Positions 26,882 through 40,050 of a DNA stretch of 64,000 nucleotides are shown here, one piece after another. The position numbers were made by a program, and so were the translations under genes. The stretch comes from Octopus sinensis (lineage: Eukaryota). Location of the stretch: the NCBI RefSeq assembly GCF_006345805.1, contig NC_042999.1, forward strand, positions 113,026,001 to 113,090,000. Reading direction: 5' to 3'. The notes under the pieces were generated by a model, which was not told the origin of the DNA, made no database searches, and saw only the letters and a list, made by a program, of their open reading frames with translations. Position 1 is the first letter of the stretch. Every line of letters starts with the position of its first letter.

Positions 26882-27270
26882 CCTACTTAATGCACACATA
26901 TTATCTATATATGTGTGTGTCTGCTGTACATGTCTGTATGTATATATGTATGTGTGTCTTCTTATAGTTGATGTCCGACGACGATCCAAGACTGACTTAT
27001 AATAATTTCCTACTGATGTGGTTGGCGGTGACGGTGGTCAGTCAACTTTATCACAGAGAAAAAAAAAGTGCTACCATTAATTTGACGATGGGGTTCGTAT
27101 GAGGCTTTTGAACGTTTCTTTGCTTACTAACCGATCACTAATAACAAGACTTAGGCAGTAAATGCAAAGATAGAACTAACTGCTCCGATATACATGCCTT
27201 AATTTGGGATAAGGCAGCCATATTTCAATAAGTTTATTAGAGTACCAAAAAAAAAAAATCTTTGTCTTAT

Positions 27271-27316
<46 letters not shown>

Positions 27317-28271
27317 CACACACACACACACACACACATCTAGCATAACGTCAAGAGTTGCTGTGAACTTTTGTTGTTGTTGTTTGATCCTGGTCAGTCC
27401 TTGATCGTGTAACTATGAACCTGTGTATGCAGAGTTAGTTCCATCTATAACGATTCTGTTTCGCTCTATGGCTATTATAAATTATCACTAGCTAATGCGT
27501 ACGTGTTCGTATTTAAACATGGTATGATGATATGATTTTAAGGAAATTTAGGTGCATTTTTTTGTTCCTCTCAGCAGAACGAAAACCACACGTTTCTTTT
27601 CTCTCTTTGTTGTTGTTGTTGCTGCGAACACGATGACGATGATGACAACAGTGGCACTAATGATGATGGTAATGATGTTGATGAGGATGATGATGGATCG
27701 CATGCCTAGTAATTTTTTTTTCTCTTATTTTCTCAATAATATGTGACGTCGTTGTTTAGCTCCAGGAGAATCCAGACCGAGCGGAGATCCATGCTCAAAG
27801 ACATCCCTTTAGTGGTGGCCAGCCCATCTTTTGTTTTCACGTATATAGTATTTAAGACTATTTTATCCCGCATGTTTTTATTTATTTTTTTAAAAGACTG
27901 CAGCGTGTAATATGAGAGATTTAACACTTAACTTTTAGAAAGCTGAGCATCTCTGTCGAGATTCCCACGTCTCCGTCGTCATCATCGATATCATTGTAGC
28001 CGTTGCTGACATAAATAAAGTTCCAATTCTTAGAGTTTGAAATATTTATATTAAAAAAAAAAAAAAAAGAAAAAAAAAGGAAGAAAGAAAAGCAAACCGT
28101 TTTTTAGTCCGCTTAGAATGAATTGTGCCCTTCTTATGTCCCCTCCACTCCCGCAATATTGTGGTTAGATAGATTCTACTTTTTATAAATACACGGAAAT
28201 AGTAATAACTGAACATTTGTATGAATATATTCCAATGAGCGGATGATGATGAAGATAATAATAATAATAAT

Positions 28272-28475
28272 AGTTTCAAATTTTGGTATAAGGCCAATTG
28301 TTTCAGAAGAGGGAATCAGTCGATTATATCGGCTTCAGTGCTCAATTTTATCGAACCCGATGGATGAAAGGCAAAGTCGACCATGGCGGAATTTGAACTC
28401 CGAAGGTAAAACCGGAGGAAAAATCAGCTAAGCATTTTGTCCGGTGCGGTAACGATTCTGCCAGTTCGCTGCCTT
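28272..28475 (-). mobile_element. SINE family A
   Basis: GATGAAAGGCAAAGTCGACC..GGAATTTGAACTC..CTGCCAGTTCGCTGCC, lying between (AAT)n tracts. Confidence 0.85.
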
Positions 28476-29006
28476 AATAATAATGATGATGGTAATAATA
28501 ATAATTATAATAATAATAATAAAAATAAAATTAAAAAAAAAAATTATAATGATTAATCTACTTGTTTAACATAAGGTTAACAAAAATTCGAAACAATATT
28601 TCGTGAGGACAAATATTTTGGATTGTATGAACTCTCTCTTTCTTGTCAAAGTTTCAAATATTTAATAATTTCTGTATTAGACACAAGGGTTCAAGGAAAA
28701 GCGATACAAACAATGCAATAATCCATAGGTTCCAATAATAGCGAGAAAAGAGATTTTGAAAAATGACTACTCATCCGTACTAACATTCCTGCGCACGCAC
28801 GCACACGACACACAAATGACATATACTCACAAATATCACATGAAATAATATAAACAAAATAAACTCCACCACCACCGCTATCGCCGCCCCTATCATGATA
28901 TCCCCTCCTCTCCACCACCATCAGCACTACTACAACCATTTCTGCTACTATCATCACAATCACCGCAGCCATCTCTACAAACAACATCAATCGATGCTAC
29001 CACGAC

Positions 29007-29050
<44 letters not shown>

Positions 29051-29052
<2 letters not shown>

Positions 29053-29262
29053 GTTTCAAATTTTGCCACAAGGGCAGCAATTTTGGGGGCGGAGATGAGT
29101 CAATTACATCGACCCCAATGTTCAACTGGTACTTATTTTATCGAGCTTGAAAGGATGAAAAGCAAAGTCGACCTCGGCGGAATTTGAACTCAAAACATAA
29201 AGACGGACGAAATACCGCTAGGCATTTGTCTGGTGCGCTAACGATTCTACCATCTCTCCACC

Positions 29263-29263
<1 letters not shown>
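29051..29263 (-). mobile_element. SINE family A
   Basis: Family core and head, flanked on both sides by (AAT)n. Confidence 0.85.
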
Positions 29264-29296
<33 letters not shown>

Positions 29297-29383
29297 TGAT
29301 GATGATGATGATGATGACGATGATGACGTCGATGACGAATACATCAGTATAACACTGATGTACATCAGTATATCTGTGCGTGT

Positions 29384-29615
29384 GGCGGCGAGCTGGCAGA
29401 ATCGTTAGCACGCCAGGTGAAATGCTTATCTGTATTTCGTCTGCTGCTACGTTCTGAGTTCAAATTCCACCGAGGTCGACTTTGCCTTTCATCCTTTCGG
29501 GGTCGATTAAATTAGTACCAGTTACGCACTGGGGTCAATGTAATCGACTTAGTCCCTTTGTCTGTCCTTGTTTGTCCCCTCTATATTTAGCCCCTTGTGG
29601 GCAATGAAGAAATAA
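29384..29615 (+). mobile_element. SINE family A, full length
   Basis: GGCGGCGAGCTGGCAGAATCGTTAGC...GCCCCTTGTGGG..GAAATA. Confidence 0.9.
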
Positions 29616-29632
29616 GCACATCTGTGTGTGTG

Positions 29633-29958
29633 TGGTGAAGGTGGGTGGCTTAGTAGTTACGGTATTTGGCTCAAGATCGTAACGTTGTGAGTTCGATGCA
29701 TGGCGGTGCATTATGCCCTTCAGTAAGACACTTTATTTCGCGTTGCTCCAGTCTACTCGGCTGGCAAAAATGAGTTGCACCTGTATTTCAAAGTGCAAGC
29801 CTTGTCATATTCTATACTCCACTGAATCTCCCTAAAAACTATATAAAGGGCACGCATGGCTACGGAGTGCTCAGCCACGTGCACGTTAATATCACGAGCA
29901 GGCTATTCTGTTGATCAGATCGAATGGAACCTTTATTGTCGTAACCGACAGAGTGCCA
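29633..29958 (+). mobile_element. CORE-like tRNA SINE (family C), full length
   Basis: tRNA head (GTGGCTTAGTAGTTA, GAGTTCGATGC), CORE-like segment, and a 3' tail shared with 3012-3190. Confidence 0.8.
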
Positions 29959-30559
29959 ATGTGTGTAGGTGTGCGTGGGTGAGTATACAAATCCTCCTGC
30001 GCACACGGATGGACCCTAAACTCATTAGTGAAGCCTCTTCGATGAATTGCTTTTGTATTTTAAATAAACACGATTATATCAAACTGACATGTTGATTTGT
30101 TGCTGTGTAAGCCCACGCCTCTGATTGAGCAAATTCATGATTAAAGGCAATACAACCGAGAACATCTAGTTTCTTTTTACAGACATAGCATGTCTAAGAA
30201 TAAGTATAAATATCTTTTTTAGATAGTGGCATATGATATAAAGGAAACTTGGCTGCTGTTTCTCGTAACTCACGTGACCACTATAAGTTATTTCATTGGT
30301 TTGCCTAATCCTTAAATTAAGAGTACACTATAGCTCATTTAGTAGTTCCGTTTATTTGATAATAAGAATAGTCATCGTCGAAATCGACGGAGAATTCATT
30401 TACACGATTTTAATAAATTCTGGACTATGATAATATTCTTAAAATAATGGAGCTTATGTAAGTATATTTGTGTATGTAACAGAAACACCACTAGCCCTTC
30501 ATTTCCCAATCTGTCACATGCTCCCTAAATAATTTGTACCATATACCGCCTCTAACACC

Positions 30560-31012
30560 AAGCAAATTTCTCCAACCATCCATGCACATTCATCACCCAC
30601 CCCACTGTTCCTGGGAGGGTTGTAAGAGTCAGATTCTCAGGCACCTCCTTCAGAGGGTTCTGTCAGGAGCAAACGTCATTAGACTTTCCTGCCGGATTCC
30701 CAAACGTGACCGGCTGAAACACTGGACACTATCAAATCACCTTGTTCTTGGTCTACCCTTAGGTCTCCAGCCGCTAGGCTCTGTTTGAAGAATCCGTTAT
30801 GATTCTTTTCTATGACATTCTAATCACATGCCCGTAGTATCGGAGCTGTGACCTCTGAATGTGGAGAATCTCAGTCTGGAGGGATTTCTTGATTTCCGAG
30901 CTTTCCACCCTGTCGAGTAACGTTACTTCGGAGCTCCTTTTCTGGGACTCCATTTGGTCCGCTTGTATTCGCGATTGTACTCTCTCGGTCATTGACCAAC
31001 GTTCATGACCAC
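30560..31012 (-). mobile_element. RTE-clade LINE 3' fragment (Rex3/Expander-like)
   Basis: TERVQSRIQA..TLLDRVESSEIKKSL..LHIQRSQLRYYGHVIRM matches the RTE C-terminal QLRWxGHxxRM motif. Confidence 0.8.
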
Positions 31013-31045
31013 ATTTCTAAAGAAATGGAAGAGAGACGAGAGATG

Positions 31046-31103
<58 letters not shown>

Positions 31104-31735
31104 AAGAGAAAGAGGGAGAGAGAGGGAAATAGTTGTTTACCAGCAGATTAGATGTTGCCTGTACTGTACTTTTACTATCTCCTCCTTGTAAAGAGATATC
31201 GATGTTTGTCGGTTGGCCACGGTGTTTTACAAAGGAGCTTCTGCACAGTCGATTGATCTGCTGTAAAGAGCTACCAAATCCCCCGCAAATAATAGTCAAT
31301 AATCAAACATACCGGACAATGTAGTTCCGGATATAAAAAAAAAAACACAAAATAACCAATGGGATAGTCACAAACTGAACACTTTTTATCATAGGCTTGT
31401 TCGATATCAGGACCTGTCTGGAACCAACAACAACAAATTTACACCAGCGGGTGGTGTTTCACCTTGTTTTTAAAATGATCAAGCAATTATCACTAGAAGA
31501 GATCAATTTACTTTATTGATTATTTTACTGGTTTTGAGATATAACCATTTGTTCTGAGGAGTGAGAACTTAAATTAGCTGATACCAAAACCTTGCATGTA
31601 TCAATGGACTCTATTGCTTCTAAATGGACGCATTTTATATACAGTGAGCTTGGTGTGTCTACCTGTACAAACTGAAGTCGCTAATCGATAGAATGTTTTC
31701 TCTATCTCAGCATGAATACAATTGATTTCAGTACA

Positions 31736-31772
<37 letters not shown>

Positions 31773-31972
31773 TGTGTGCGTGTGTGCATTGGTTCTTTGT
31801 ACGGTTATAGCAGTGGTATTTTTACTTACAAATTAATAACAAGGCGTGCACGCAAACAAACACATATGTACATGCGCGCGCAAACAAATACAGACATACG
31901 CACACACACACATATACGGATACATACACCCACATATATCTTTATATAAAAATATAGATATACATACATACA

Positions 31973-32055
<83 letters not shown>

Positions 32056-32274
32056 TATAATATTAGGGAGTAAATCCAAACTTACTGGGAAAAATTAGAT
32101 TAGGATTAAATCTAATTTTACAGTATAAATATATATATAATTTATATATATATATATATATATATATAGATATATATAGAATAATATATAATATATAATC
32201 ATATATAATATATATTTTATGAATATATATATATATATATATATGATAATATGATATATAATATATATATATAG

Positions 32275-32313
<39 letters not shown>

Positions 32314-32334
32314 ACATATATACATATAAGGTAT

Positions 32335-32553
32335 ACATGTGTGGTAAGAAGCTTGCTTCGCAACCACATGGTTCTGGATTCAGCCTCATTGTGTGGCACC
32401 TTGCGCAAGTGTCTCTACTATAGCCTTGGGCCGACCAAAACCTTGTGAGTGGATTTGGTAGACGGAAACTGAAAGAAGCCCGTCGTAATATATATATATA
32501 TAGCATATGTCTCTATTTTATTAACATATATATATATTATCTATATATATATA

Positions 32554-32601
<48 letters not shown>

Positions 32602-32806
32602 ATGCTTGGGTATCTTTGTTTGTTTCCCACATCGCTTGACAACCGATGCTGGGGTGTTTATGTCCCCGTAACTTAGCAGTTCGGCAAAAGAGACCGATAG
32701 AATAAGTACTAGGCTTCCAAAGAATAAGTCCTGGGGTCGATTTGCTCGACTAAAGGCGGTGTTCCAGCATGGTCGCAGTCAAATGACTGAAACAAGGAAA
32801 AGAGTA
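32335..32806 (+). mobile_element. SINE family B, full length with central (TA)n
   Basis: GTGTGGTAAGAAGCTTGC...GACGGAAACTGAAAGAAGCCCGTCG-(TA)n-CGCTTGACAACCGATG...GACTGAAACAAG. Confidence 0.9.
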
Positions 32807-33023
32807 TACTTTGTGAAAAGTGATAGTGATGTTAAAGTTTCACCAAATCTAGCTTTTCAGTTAGATTTAATATATAATCATGTTGGAGGAATCAGACGGA
32901 TGAGTAAAGTATTACCAGCAAGGAAGAATATAAATAAATACGATGGAATTGGCTGAAGTAAGGTTGTATGAGTTATATGATCAAAGGAGGAGGGAAATAC
33001 CGAAATATGAACATATATGAGAA

Positions 33024-33100
<77 letters not shown>

Positions 33101-33103
<3 letters not shown>

Positions 33104-33685
33104 GGGCTAGGTGTTTAAGAAGCTCGCTTTGCAACCACGGGGTTTCGGGTTCAGTCCCCTATTGCGTTACATTGGGCAAGTATCGTTTGCTATAGGAGTG
33201 AATTGGGAGATGGAAACTGCGTTGAAACCCATCATGTGTGTGTGTTGTGTATGCGTGTGTATTTATGTGTTTATGTGTGTGTCTTTGTGTTTGTATTAGT
33301 TGCCCTTTCACCACGTTAACCGGTGTCGCTTTATTTATATCCTAGCAACTTAGCAGCTCCGCAAAAGAAAACGAAAGTGTAAGTATTAATACCAGTTTTT
33401 ATAACAGAAAAGTACCGAGAGGCGATTTGATGGACCAAATCCTTCAAGGTGGTGACCCAGCATGGCCGTAGTCCGATGAGTGAAAGAAGTAAAAGATTAA
33501 AGATAAACCATTATATTTATTTATGCAGGAGTGACTGTGTGGTATGTAGCTTGCTTACCAACCACATGGTTCTGGGTTTATTCCCACTGTGTGGCACCTT
33601 GGGCAAGTGTCTTCTACTATAGCCTCGGGCCGACCAAAACCTTGTGAGTGGATTTGGTAGACGGAAACTGAAAGAAGCCCGTCGA
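33101..33685 (+). mobile_element. Two family B SINE copies (33101-33505 diverged; 33525-33685 5' half)
   Basis: Family B head and tail motifs. Confidence 0.75.
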
Positions 33686-33687
33686 TA

Positions 33688-33734
<47 letters not shown>

Positions 33735-33736
33735 TA

Positions 33737-33775
<39 letters not shown>

Positions 33776-33809
33776 ATATATATATATATATAATATATAT
33801 ATATATATA

Positions 33810-33849
<40 letters not shown>

Positions 33850-33860
33850 TATATATATAT

Positions 33861-34214
33861 TTAAAAAAGGAGATGTGGAACACGAGGTGTGATATATAAA
33901 AAAAGGAAATGAAGAAAATGCTGACAAAATAATTTAAGTAAGGGAGAGTGTATTTAATTAGGTGAAAGTTCTTTTTACCGGTTGCGCATTTGTTATGCTT
34001 ATCAAAAGATATTTTGAGTGAGATAAAGTTCCTTTCTGATTGATTTTTTTCTCTTATCTAAGAGAAAAAAATCAATCAGAAAGGAACTTTATCTCTCTTA
34101 AAAAAATATCTTTTGATAAGCATAACAAATGCGCAACCGGTAAAAAGAACTTTCACCTAATTAAATACACTCTCCCTTACTTAAATTATTTTGTCAGCAT
34201 TTTCTTCATTTCCT

Positions 34215-34215
<1 letters not shown>
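33861..34215. repeat. Fold-back palindrome in (TA)n (arms 33903-34056 and 34059-34215), probably PLE-derived
   Basis: ~155-bp near-perfect arms around a 2-nt centre (CTCTTA-tc-TAAGAG), plus a ~40-bp unpaired left extension. Hammerhead-like motif at 34109-34148. Confidence 0.85.
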
Positions 34216-34303
<88 letters not shown>

Positions 34304-34980
34304 CAATCTATATCTCCATCTTGACGTGGACGTTGTGCTAGAACTGAGAATAGTCCGTTATTTACATTGAAAGGACCTCTTATGTGGACCCAAAGAAAAT
34401 ACTTTAGACAATCTGAAGTTATGAATACAAAATGCTTAAATTTGAAAAATACGGTATTTGTTGTTTGTAACAGATATTGTTGGGAACTGTGTAAAAGTGT
34501 GTAAAAATGGTATTGCGAAGTCATAGAAAAGCTACTTTGGTAAAATGGCAGTAATATAAGGTGCATTTATTTTAAAGTGCAAGTGCATTAATTTTCGCTA
34601 TATAGACGTAAAAAAGAGAAAGTATCAAATTGAAGACCGTTGTGCAAAATACGTATTTAAATAAGTATATAATGTAAATCAAATCTACTATATAGCCTAC
34701 ATACGTATTGAAAATTTATATCAGTTGTTATTAGGTATACGAAAAATATTTTATATATGAAAACAATGTAGTAAGATAAAGTGCGGTAAGTATGTTAATA
34801 AACAATTTGTTACTCCAGCCTCTTTATTTATGCGGTAATGTTATGAAAAACTTCTACGAACACGTGGTCTCTCTCTCACACACACAAACACACACACGTG
34901 TAATTATATATCATACACATACACATATATGTATATATCCATCCATCCATCCATCGATACATACATAGATACATGCATGA

Positions 34981-35016
<36 letters not shown>

Positions 35017-35441
35017 AAGGTGAATAGGGGTATATTATATAATATATAAGATAAATCGTTGATTTACCGAAAGTAGCTATGCTTCCAGATAGAGCAGACC
35101 AACTACTTGGTGTCAGTTGGTACCAGCTCTAAATGAGAAGGTGAGATTTATCATATATGTCATTTAAAAACACCCATATTCGCTTTTGTTGTTCAAATCA
35201 AACTCTACTGGTATTTCTGGGTTATATGTCTTAACCCGTTATCGTTTTATTTATGCAAGTTACTTAAACCATAAATGTGTTCTGCCCTCTTTTTTCTTTT
35301 TGTCTGCATTGTCTAAGTATGTCATCTGCTGAAGAATAACGGAGGAAAATTGCGACGCTAATGACGCCTATTGATGTAGAAAGCTGTCTTTTTTCTTAAT
35401 GGCATGTCAATTTTAAAAATTCTTACTTCTTGAGTTCAAAA

Positions 35442-35533
35442 CCTCTTTTCATTAGGATTTGGTACCTCTTTTCATTAAGATTTAGTATTTCTTTTCATTA
35501 AGATTTGATACCACTTTTCATGAGGATTTGGTA
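35442..35533. repeat. 4 x 23-bp minisatellite
   Basis: Unit CCTCTTTTCATTARGATTTGGTA. Confidence 0.85.
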
Positions 35534-35611
35534 CAAATTGCTACCAAGTATTTATCTTGTCTCTATTTAATATACCCTTATTCATTTTTGTCGGTCAAAT
35601 ACATACTTTAT

Positions 35612-36002
35612 CTTTTAGCTTTTACTTGTTTCAGTCAGTAGACGGAGGCCATGCTGGGGCACGGGCTTCAGGAATTTTGAGTCGAAAGATTTGACCTCAG
35701 TACTTATATTTTTTTAAAGAACTTATTCTAACTTTTGCAGAACCGCTAAGTTATAGGGACGTAGACACACCAACAGCGGTTGTCAAGCGGTGGTAGGGAC
35801 AAATACAAAGACTCGTGCGCGCATACATACTCGTTCACGCTCAAACATACGATGGGCTTCTTTCAGTTTCCGTCAACCGAATCCACTCACAAAACTTTGG
35901 TCAGCTCTAGGCTATAGTAGAAGACACTTGCCCAAGGTGTCATGCAGTGAGACTGAACTCGGAACCATGTGGTTAGGAAGCAAGCTTCTTACCGTACAAC
36001 CG
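35612..36002 (-). mobile_element. SINE family B
   Basis: Reverse complement of the family B head and tail. Confidence 0.85.
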
Positions 36003-36341
36003 TATATCTACATATCTAGATAAATACACACGCATGTACACACATACACACATGCGCTCACGATTGTGTGCATGAATGCATGTGTAAATACGCGCATATT
36101 AGACAACGTAGGCTTCAACGAATCTTTTAGAATTAAATCCTTTAATTTTGGTGGAAACAAGCAAGATGGTTGGTTGTATGTGAAAGAACTTGAAAATATT
36201 AACTTGTAACCCTTAAAGTAACATTATGCTATCATGATACTGTGTCAAATTGTCAAATGAATAACGTGTATGTGTGTAAACTACAATTTGTTATTGACAA
36301 CATGTTGGTTAATGTTACTGCGGCAGAAATATAAAGTTAAA

Positions 36342-36441
36342 NNNNNNNNNNNNNNNNNNNNNNNNNNNNNNNNNNNNNNNNNNNNNNNNNNNNNNNNNNN
36401 NNNNNNNNNNNNNNNNNNNNNNNNNNNNNNNNNNNNNNNNN
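36342..36441. other. Assembly gap (100 N)
   Basis: Run of N. Confidence 1.
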
Positions 36442-36522
36442 GTATACCATAAATACATGCCTGCCTGCCTATCTACCAACCTACGTGCCTACCTCCCCAT
36501 TATTATTATATATATATATATA

Positions 36523-36555
<33 letters not shown>

Positions 36556-36620
36556 TGTGTATGTGTATGTGTATGTGTATATATATATATATTATATATA
36601 TATATATAGATGTGTCTGTG

Positions 36621-36657
<37 letters not shown>

Positions 36658-36823
36658 ATATATAAACACGAACACACACCCCACACGGACGCCCACGCAC
36701 GCATGCGCGCGCACACCCACCAAAAAAACGTTTTTTATTACATCTCGAAAGATAACTATTGTGTTTAAACGAGTTGTTTGAATGTTTACATCAGGGTCTA
36801 TATGCATATCAATCAATCAATCA

Positions 36824-36915
<92 letters not shown>

Positions 36916-37562
36916 GTCTGTCTGTCTGTCTGCCTATGTATGTATGTATGCATGTATGTATGTATGTATGTATGTATGTATGTGTCTTGGTGTCTGTCTG
37001 CATGGTAGTCTGTCTGTCTACCGTCCTTCCTACCTATCTTTCTATGTATGTATGTATGTATGTATGTATGTATGTATGTATGTATGTATGTATGTATCAA
37101 TCTATCTATCAAGTAAATGCCTGAAAAAAGAAAAAAAAGAAAGCGTGTATGTCTCTGTACACTTTCTCATACACAACCTTTCTTTTCCTATCACTCTCTC
37201 CACCCCCTCCATTTCCTCCACCTCTTTCCTCAAAACACGCCACACAAATTCTTCTAAACCGTTCCATCTATTTTAAGAAACACGCATTGAAATTCTCTAA
37301 AACGCTTTTTCGATGTCTGAATGACCTTTTTTCTGGTAATGTGAACATGTGTACCTGTCTATCTCCGATTAGTAGGAGATTTTGTGATGTGTGTGCGGTA
37401 GGTGAATGTATTGTGTATATGTAAGGGATAAAAATTTGTGGATGTGAGTCCGTATTATATATATATATATAATTATATATATATATATATATAATATATA
37501 TATTATATATATATATATATATACATATATTATACCACACACACACACACATACACATAATT

Positions 37563-37925
37563 TTATTTGTTCAATCATTAGACTGCGGCAAGCTTGGGCA
37601 CTTCCTTGAAGAATTTTTTAGTCGAACGAATCGACTCCGGTACTTTAATTTTAAACCCAATACTTATTTTTTCGGCTCCTTTTGCCGAACAGCTGACTTA
37701 CAGGGACGTAAACAAACCGACAGCAGTTGTCAAGCGGTGTGGTGGGGGACAAAGACACACACACACATACACACGATAGGCTTCTTTCAGTTTCCGTCTA
37801 CCAAAATCTACTCACAAGGCTTTAGTCAGCTCGAGACTATAGTAGAAGACAGTTGCCCAAAATGCCACGCAGTGGGAATGAACCCCGAACCATGGAGTTG
37901 GGAAGTAAATATTTCATTACATAGT
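37563..37925 (-). mobile_element. SINE family B
   Basis: Reverse complement of the family B body; its head abuts the mariner TIR. Confidence 0.8.
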
Positions 37926-37935
37926 TATGCCTTTA

Positions 37936-39213
37936 TATTGGGTCATTCCATAAATAATGTGGTTTTTTAATATTTTTCTATTTTTCAAATTTAAGATTAG
38001 CAAATTGCTTTTTAAATCTAAAATATACCCTCCTTCATTTTCTACAATGCTCTTCCATCTGTCAGGTAGACTTGCAAGGCCCCTCTTCCAAAATTCACTT
38101 GTTCGTGACGAAAAATACTCCTCCAGTTCTGTTCTGACCTCGTCTACAGATTCCATATTTTTTCCTTCCGAATAATTTTGAAGACTGCGGAATAAATGAT
38201 AATCAGATGGAGCAATACCCAGCAAATATGGTGGGTGGGGCATCGTTTCCCATTCAAACTTCTCCAGTCTTTGGAATGTCATTCTCGCTGTATGTAGCCG
38301 AGCGTTTTCCTGATGGAAGAGCACCTTTCGTCTTGAAACCAAAAATAGTTGTTTTCCTTCTAGCACTGACTTAAGCCGTTCAAGATGCTCGCAGTAGATC
38401 TCCTTTGTTATCGTTTGGTTTGAGTTTAAAAGTTCAAAGTGAACTAAATCTTTCATATCCCGCAAGCAGATAACACCTTACATGGGTGAAGCCCTTCTTT
38501 AGCCTGGGGTGCCGGTGTTTCTCCTTTCCCTACCCACTGTCTTCGGCGCTTGATATTTTTAAAGAGAACCCATTTTACGTCACCAGTCACAGATCCATCC
38601 AAAAAAAACGTTCATTCGTGAGACGTGACAGCAAAGAAAAGTACACATTCACTCTCTGTGCGCAATTAGACTCGGAGAGTTTGTGAGGAACCCATTGACC
38701 AAATTTGCTGACTGGCACACAGGTGTCGATGAATGGTTGAATAACCAATTCCAAGCTTCTCTGCTAGTTTCTCAACAGTTACGATGTGATTTTGTTCCAC
38801 CAGGGTTTGTAGGACGTCCACGTCGAGCTCTACAGATCTTCCAGGACGAGGCTCGTCTTCTAGGTTGTAGTTTCTGGCTTGGAATTTCTGGAACCACTGT
38901 TGATACTGGCTTACGCTTATTGTCCGATCCCCATATACTGCATTAATAGTCTTCGCATTTTCCATTGCATTGTTGCCTTTATTGAACTCATAAAGCAAAA
39001 TATGCCGAATATACTCCTTTGTCACTTCTATTATAGCTTTGAAAAGATAACTTAAAATCGAACTGCATTCTTCAAAACTTTCTCTATGAATAAGTACAAG
39101 GTAAAATAACAACCTGCCTTTACAGCAAGTTGATGCAGGTAATTTATCCAATCCCCCTGTAACTTTACATGCAATTAAAAACAAAACTGCATTGTTTATG
39201 GAATGAATTAATA
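37936..39213 (-). mobile_element. mariner (DD34D-type) transposon, full-length relic
   Basis: Imperfect ~30-bp TIRs (TTGGGTCATTCCATAAATAATGTGGTTTT / AAAACTGCATTGTTTATGGAATGAATTAA) in TA context, ~1.28 kb. Protein remnants KEYIRHILLYEF..AVYGD..WFQKF..LEDEPRPGR, LFHQENARLH and HPPYLLGIAPSDYHLFRSL; frameshifted. Confidence 0.93.
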
Positions 39214-39974
39214 TATTCATATAGATATGCATTCATATATATATATATATATTCCATGTGTACCAGTTGTAGGACAGAATTTCGTTCGGAGGTGTACGGA
39301 GATTGCGTCTGATGTAGAAGTTACTTTCACTAAAGCAGTCGTGGTTACCTTAGTGGTGCATATAGTTGTGTTACTGTTGATTGATTAAGAAATAAACGTA
39401 ATTTAATAATGACGCTACTGTTTGAACTCAAGCAGTGTTACGATATTATCATTGTTGTGTATTCCTGTGGTATGTGCGATGTCGGCTGATCAACTAGGCT
39501 CAACAAAGAAATTGCTGGTTCCAGATATACATTCTTTGTCTAATTAAAGGACCATGTTGTCTTTAGTGAAGTTCACTCAGTTGCGTGCATGCGGACCAAA
39601 CTCTGTGACAACAACAATATCAATTTCATCATTCTGTGAGGACCTGTAAATGTCATGAACACTTTCCTTCTTCACCAGGACAACTTATTAAAGTTACTCT
39701 CACATGCAGTGGGGAATCGTACAGAGTGCAATATGCTATGCTTTCCTTATGGTTGTCCAGTCTAATTCTGTACTCCTGTTGATTCTCATAGTGGTCACTG
39801 GAGACGGTCAAGTTTGTTCCGGTTAGAGCGCGATAGTAATTACTCTACTGTAATTATTGTCGACGGTGAGCATCACAGCACACTGCTTCTGGCTGATTGC
39901 ATGCATTTAAAAAAATATTATTTAAACTGACAATAATAAATCTTAGAGCGAGTTATAAACAGTAGCTGCAACAC

Positions 39975-40050
39975 ATCGTGACGTATATTTGCCATTTAAA
40001 TATGACCCTTAGGAGTTAGCCATATTTAAATGGCAAATATACGTCACGAT
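39975..40050. repeat. Perfect hairpin, 30-bp arms and 16-nt loop
   Basis: ATCGTGACGTATATTTGCCATTTAAATATG-acccttaggagttagc-CATATTTAAATGGCAAATATACGTCACGAT. Confidence 0.95.

Noticed and set aside
39250-39900. Possible CR1/L2 endonuclease remnant on the minus strand (DEIDIVVVTE)
   Set aside because: A single short motif, too weak to call.
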